NCBI GenBank assembly: GCA_030691585.1
Contig: JAUYEC010000145.1
Span: 1-44,496 of the forward strand
DNA: 44,496 nt
Source of the DNA: Candidatus Omnitrophota bacterium
GTDB taxonomy: Bacteria > Omnitrophota > Gorgyraeia > Gygaellales > Profunditerraquicolaceae
Direction: 5' to 3'
Shown: piece by piece, positions 10,901-16,900 of the stretch
How positions within the stretch are numbered: the stretch's first letter is position 1
Layout: the number at the start of each line of letters is the position of its first letter
Translations under genes and position numbers: made by a program
Notes under the pieces: generated by a model
The model's input: the letters and a program-made list of their open reading frames with translations, nothing else
Databases searched by the model: none
Told to the model about the DNA's origin: nothing

Positions 10901-13900
10901 CAGCGCGGCGGCTAAAATTGCAGAAGAACAATGGGGGGATGAAGGGGAAGATGTAAGCGCAGGTAGTGCACGAGATGCCGTTGATCTGAGTAAGTTAACC
11001 CGTATCAATTCTATCAGCGAAATACTGGTATCGCCAAGATTTATTGAATATGGACAAGCGATACGCACAGGGAGCAAGCCCAAAGACAATCTATATGGAG
11101 AGATTGTAATATTGGACGCGGATCCGACAACGGCTGAATTAGAAGAGATTGCGAATCTGCCCTATGAAATGGCGCTTTTCAAAATTAAAGATGGTAGATG
11201 GGTAGTGGGTGTCGGCAACGGCCATAGTCCGCCGTTAAGAATGTATAAAGACAACCAGTTAAAGGCAATGGTGATAATAGCTATACATAATCACCCCGGC
11301 GAAGGCTTAGTGCCTTCTCCTGAAGATATTGGCGCAGTTGAAGGAATGGAGCGCGCCACGCATGTTATTTTAGCAGGAAAAATCGCAATGATTTATCGCG
11401 GACTAGATGCCGCGCAGAAACGGAAACTAGAAGCAGGTTTTGCCGAACGGATGGGTATGCCGGAGGCCGCTTCCGCGCCCATGCCTAACGCGGCCACCAT
11501 TGAATTAAAAGCGCGTTGGGAGGAAATAAAGGCGCAGATGGCGGCAGAGATTAGGCAAACAGGCGTGACCATAAGCGTGGATGAGCAGTGCAGGAGAATT
11601 TTGAAAGTATATCAGGATATAGGAATGGACTTTAGGACTTTGTCTATTCCAGGATTGGTTGCGAGGCTTGATCTATCGTCTGCGGATACTTTTGTTGTGC
11701 CCGGAGCGTTGATTACCGCGTTGGAAAAAGAAGGATTGGTTGGGCGCAGTTTTGAGCAGGCGCTGTTGGGCATGCATAGAGGCTATAAGGCAGAAATCGA
11801 AAACGAGTATCCGGCTTTCGCCAACCTGCTTGCACAACCCGGCAATAGATTGGATTGGCACCATATCATACAGGCAGTTGCCGATCACAAGTACGTCCGT
11901 TGGCTTGCGCGTCAGCTTGGTGCCTCTTACGAAGATGTTTTTCTGCGCTTTAACGCTTCAAGTATCGGCCCGCAAGATCAGCTTTCTTTTGCCGATAAGC
12001 AGAAGGTTATCAACGCCCTTTTGGCTTCTGTGCATAGCGTGTATTTTGATTCTAAGGGCAGAAGTGTCAATATGCAGGGCTACCTCGAGGATTATTACGG
12101 GCCCTTGGGAGTTAAGGTCTCTGTTCGTTTTGAAGAAGCCACAGGGGCTTTGCGCGAAGACGTTATTAAGAAGGCGCTATGGGGCAGGATGAAGACTGAT
12201 AAAGCCCTGGGAATTCTTAATATTCTCAGGGAAGGAGGTATGCCGGCATTAAAACAGCGGCCCGAGTTTCTGGATATCGCAAAAGCTATTGAGCCAATAT
12301 GGAATGCAGAGGTGCCCATTCCTATTGTTTTAATAAATTCTCAAGGTAGAACATTTGAGACTATCATTGTGGCCGCTAAGATTACAAAAGAGGGGGTGTC
12401 CGGCCCGGCTACGGCAGCGGTTGTCCTTCCTTTAAAAAATATTCAAGGGGAGATCATCTTGATGGATGTCATCAAAGATATAGAGACTACCCAGGGGGTA
12501 TTTGATCTTTTGGGCAAACTGATTCATGAATTAGATCACGCGGTATTGATGACTGTGACCGGACGGCAAATTTATCACGCCAGTATATTTGCGGAAGGCG
12601 CCGCCGAAGAATCCTTTGCCGCCTTTATGGCAGCGCAGGATGGGCCGATGAGCCGCAACGGCGTTGACGGCCTTGATTATGATTCCGCTATCAGGTTATT
12701 TGACCGGCAAGCCGATCCGGACAGAGGGGCCGTTCCTTATACTGCCGGATGGCTCATGGCCCATGCTTATCGCGGCGTAATGGGTGAGCAGGCATACTTT
12801 GACTTATTCTATAATCCGGATAAATACGCGCAGGCTCAGCCTGTAGCTGATGCTTTTATAGGCGACTTGGAGCAGGTTTTAGCACCCCGTCGGCCGATCT
12901 ATAGAACATTATTTAGCCCTGTTTCAGCCCCAGCCGTTACTTCCGCCGCCGTCGGCGAAAGGCGCTATGCCGCACCAGAAATAAGGCAGATGATGCAAGG
13001 TAAAACACTTGACCTGCGATCGATGACAGGGGCCCCCGCAGACATAACCGATGACACCATCTTAGTTCTGACTCCTGATAGCGAATACATAATTCGAAAC
13101 GGCGCCCATATGGCAGTTCACAAAAGAGATAATTATTATTGGATTGAAGGCGGCGGCATGCCGGAGGAGCTTATTCGGGCAAGGCAAGAGCGCGAGCGCC
13201 AGGCGCAGGTCGGACAAGGCCAAACAAGCGGCCCCGGCGCGGCGGAGCGAGGTGATCGGGAGACTGTTAAGCGAAATTTACGCGCTGCTATTCAGTTAGC
13301 TGATGCCCGGGCGAAGACCGCCAGCGATTCTTACTACAAGCACAGCCAGATATTAGCAACAGCAAAAGAAGACCTTGCCAATTTCGAAAGGGGTATTTCT
13401 TCGCTGAAGGCACAGCTGGGTTATGCAGACAACAATATTAAGTCTAAGCAGCAAATACTGAACACTTTGCTGGGCAACCAAAATCAAGATTTTGCCAATA
13501 TGGGTTTTTGGGAGAGACGAAAAAACAAAGGCGCAAATGCTCCATACGCAGCGCCTATTGCAAGCGCGCAGGAAAAATTGCGGGAATTGAATGCGAAAAA
13601 ACAGGAATTGCAGTATTCCTTAACAGAAAAAACCGTTGCCCTTGAGGAACAAAAACAAAAAGTTGTTTCTTTGCAGGCCGAAAATGACCAGTTGGCCAAA
13701 ACAAACGATGAGGCAAAACAAGTTTCGTTGGCCCTCGCAATTATTGATGACATGGGGACTAAACAAATGCTGACTCCAGAGGACCAAATGCACATTGTTG
13801 CTCCCGAACGCCTTTCGGCTATTGCCCGGACAGCACCAGCAGGGTATATCCGGCAAACCATTTATCTTGCTGCCAAGGGAAAAATTGAAACCGGAGATCA

Positions 13901-16900
13901 GGCCAAGCCCTGGCTTTTGGAACGGTTAAAAAATGATTTTAATAATACAAGCCCATTAGTCAATTCTTATTCTTTAGAAACATTATCTATGGAAACGGTT
14001 GATCGGACCAAGAAGTTCCTCTCCCAGGCCGATTTTGATAATAAATCCACCGATGCGCAGTATGTCTTTTCGGAAATGCAAAAACAAGGAATCGATTTGG
14101 CCTCGGCCGATTTGCCGGAAACATTTGCCCGTATCCTGGCTGAGCGGGATATCAGGTCAGCGCAAGGCGAAGGCCAGGGGACCGGCAAGGTTTCTCTTGT
14201 GTCAGTTCAACGGGATCACTTTATGGCCCGATATAATCGGGAAAATATTTCCCGCATGAGCATGGAAAGATATCTCGCCTTGTACGGGCAGACCGCGGCC
14301 AAGGATTATGTGATCCATGGTTTTAGCTGGGCAAGTCCGAAATTCCCGCAGGTTTTGGCAGAAGGTAAACTTAAGCCTTCTGCTCCATATCAGAAAACAA
14401 CTTTTGGCACAGGGGCGCAAACGCATTCAGTACATTTCTCTGTTAATGAATCGGCTTACAATAATCCGATCGGTCTTTTTGCGCCAATCGGTGCGGTGAT
14501 CCAAAACGTGCCGTTTCAGATGATGACAAACTCCGAAATGGCCAGCTTGGCTAATGACTGGCCGGTGGCCGGGGACCAAGAGGTGACGCTGGACATCGGC
14601 ATCTTGCTGGTGCCAGACATATTGGATCCTGCGAAAAGTTTTGATGGTCAGAGGTTAGCGGAGATAGATTTACGGTGGCAGAGTGCCAGTAAAGCGCAAC
14701 AGTTAAGCATGCTTGCAGAAGCCCGAAGAAATATCCAGTCTTTGATACAGCAAGGTCAGCGGGTTTATTTTTATAAAGCGAATCTGGATCACATCTATTA
14801 CATGAGCAGCGGTGTCGAGCAGCTACTGAGAGATAAAGCGGAATTTGTTAAGAGGGGCGGGACTGTTGATGAAACGTTTTTGAATAAAATTGTGAATCCC
14901 GACAAACACACTCCCCAAGAGATAAGGATTGCAGGAGATTTGGAATATTCGCACAATGTCGCCTTAACCGATTCGCAGGAGGACACATACAAGTTCTCTC
15001 ATAGCCAACCGGGCTATACAAATACTAAAGGTCAAGGTTTGTTTGTGAAAGTAACAGCATTCAGGCAGGGAGGTGTAAAAGAGACAAATTTTGGTGCATC
15101 AGAAACCGTTCAGTCATCTTTAAATGCCCGGCAAATCAGGGATGCCTTGGATAACGGCAAACTTGATTTAAGGGGTGCGGCCGGCGGAGTAATTACGGAG
15201 GCGATAATTGACGATAGCGCCGTATTGGATTTAACTCCACGCGCTGAATATATCATATTAAACGGCGCCCGGCGAGCAGTTCACAAAGTTGGAGATCATT
15301 ATGAAATCGGCGCTGAAAGCGGCGGAATGCCGGAAGAGCTTATCCGGGCAAGGCAAGAACGCCAGCGCCAGGCGCAAGGACAGCCTGCGTCGCAGCCGCC
15401 AAGCGGCCCTTCCGCGGCGGAGGACGGAACAAGGGGTGTTGTGTATTATCATCAGAGCGATGTTGAGATCGATGGATCGCTAGGGCCATCTAAAACAGAT
15501 GTCTTAGCGGGTGTTTGGTTAAAACGCGAACCAGCTGATCTGAGGTTGCAGGGTAAATCTTTGGGGCGGTATCAATACGTAGTTCAAGTCAGCGATAAAA
15601 CAGAAAAAAACACATTGACCGTTACAAAGATAACCCGATGGGTTGGAAAAGCAGGAGAGCCTAGAGATAAGACTCAAGGCACATTGCAAGATTTTCTGAT
15701 TGAAAACGGGAGGCAGGATTTAGCCGAAAGACTACAGAGGGGATATACTAAGTTGCCTGGTGCAGAATTTTTAACAGCCTTGCGCCATGATCTCACTGAA
15801 TTTTTGTTGCTTAGAGGGTATAAATATATTGAATTTACAGATGCCGGTGATATCGTTGGCCGCGGTTTTGTTGAATTTCCAGCGGTGATTGCCCTTGAGA
15901 CAGCTAGTTTATCAATTTCCGGAAGGGAATTTACTCCAGTCGCCGTCGCGGCGGGAGAAGAGAACCGGACGATTGGCAACGGTATAGCCGTTGGCTTCAA
16001 GACTTCGCAAGGCAGCGCATATACCTTAAATGGGACTAGTACGCAACGCAATAAAACAAGTCATGCTTTTCACGATCCAAAGGATGTTGGTGTTAAGCCC
16101 ACAAGCGAGCGTACTTACTATGTAGCTCCCGAAGCGGCAAAGTGGATAGGAGCGTTCCAGGGGTTAGAAGGAGGTATCGAACACAGAAGGATATATATAA
16201 ATAATGAAGGCGTTTCCACAATCGCTTTTCACAAAACGAAAAATCGATGGGTTAGATTCGATGGCCCATTTAAAATTTCCAATACGCCGCAAATTGGTTT
16301 GTGCCCGCTGGAATTATGGGGAGAGGATTCCCAAGCAGGGAATGCGTACTCATATAACGAATGGCATCCGGGTAATCAAATTGTTGAAATAGTTTATGGA
16401 GATACTCAAATAGCACAAAAAGAGGAGCAGCCGCCAAGCGTCCCCGGCGCGGCGGCAACCTCCGTTACTTTGATCAAGGCAGATATATTCCAGGATATAG
16501 CGGATCGATATGAGGGGGCCTCTTGGGATCCGTCGCTGTTTGATGATGAAGATTATCTGAATGCCGAAGGTAAATATAACCAAGAGCCGGCATATAGATT
16601 CCGCAATAGAATACCGCATTATCTTGCGGCCGTAGAAAGATTAGGCCAAATACGTGCCACAGTTGCTGAAGGCAAACAATTAACGCAGGAACAGTTAATA
16701 TTAATAAAAACGATAGAAGTGCATTTTCGTTTACGTGGTTACTTGTGGTATTGGGAAGAGACGGGAAAGAGCAGGGTAACATTTCCGGCGAAAGTGACAT
16801 TGAGCCGCGCGCTCAACATGTTGTTCGGTCAGGTCAACGATTTGGATCATATGTTGGATTTCTTCGAACTTATGCTGCTTAGGCATGTGAATAGTTTCGC

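Noticed and set aside
11740-12192. Alternative-frame plus-strand ORFs inside the giant gene (for example 150 aa at 11740, and others at 3532, 13999, 14317, 15289, 16204).
   Set aside because: They are short and lack RBSs and motifs, and they are embedded in a frame with clear protein signatures. They are treated as chance ORFs.
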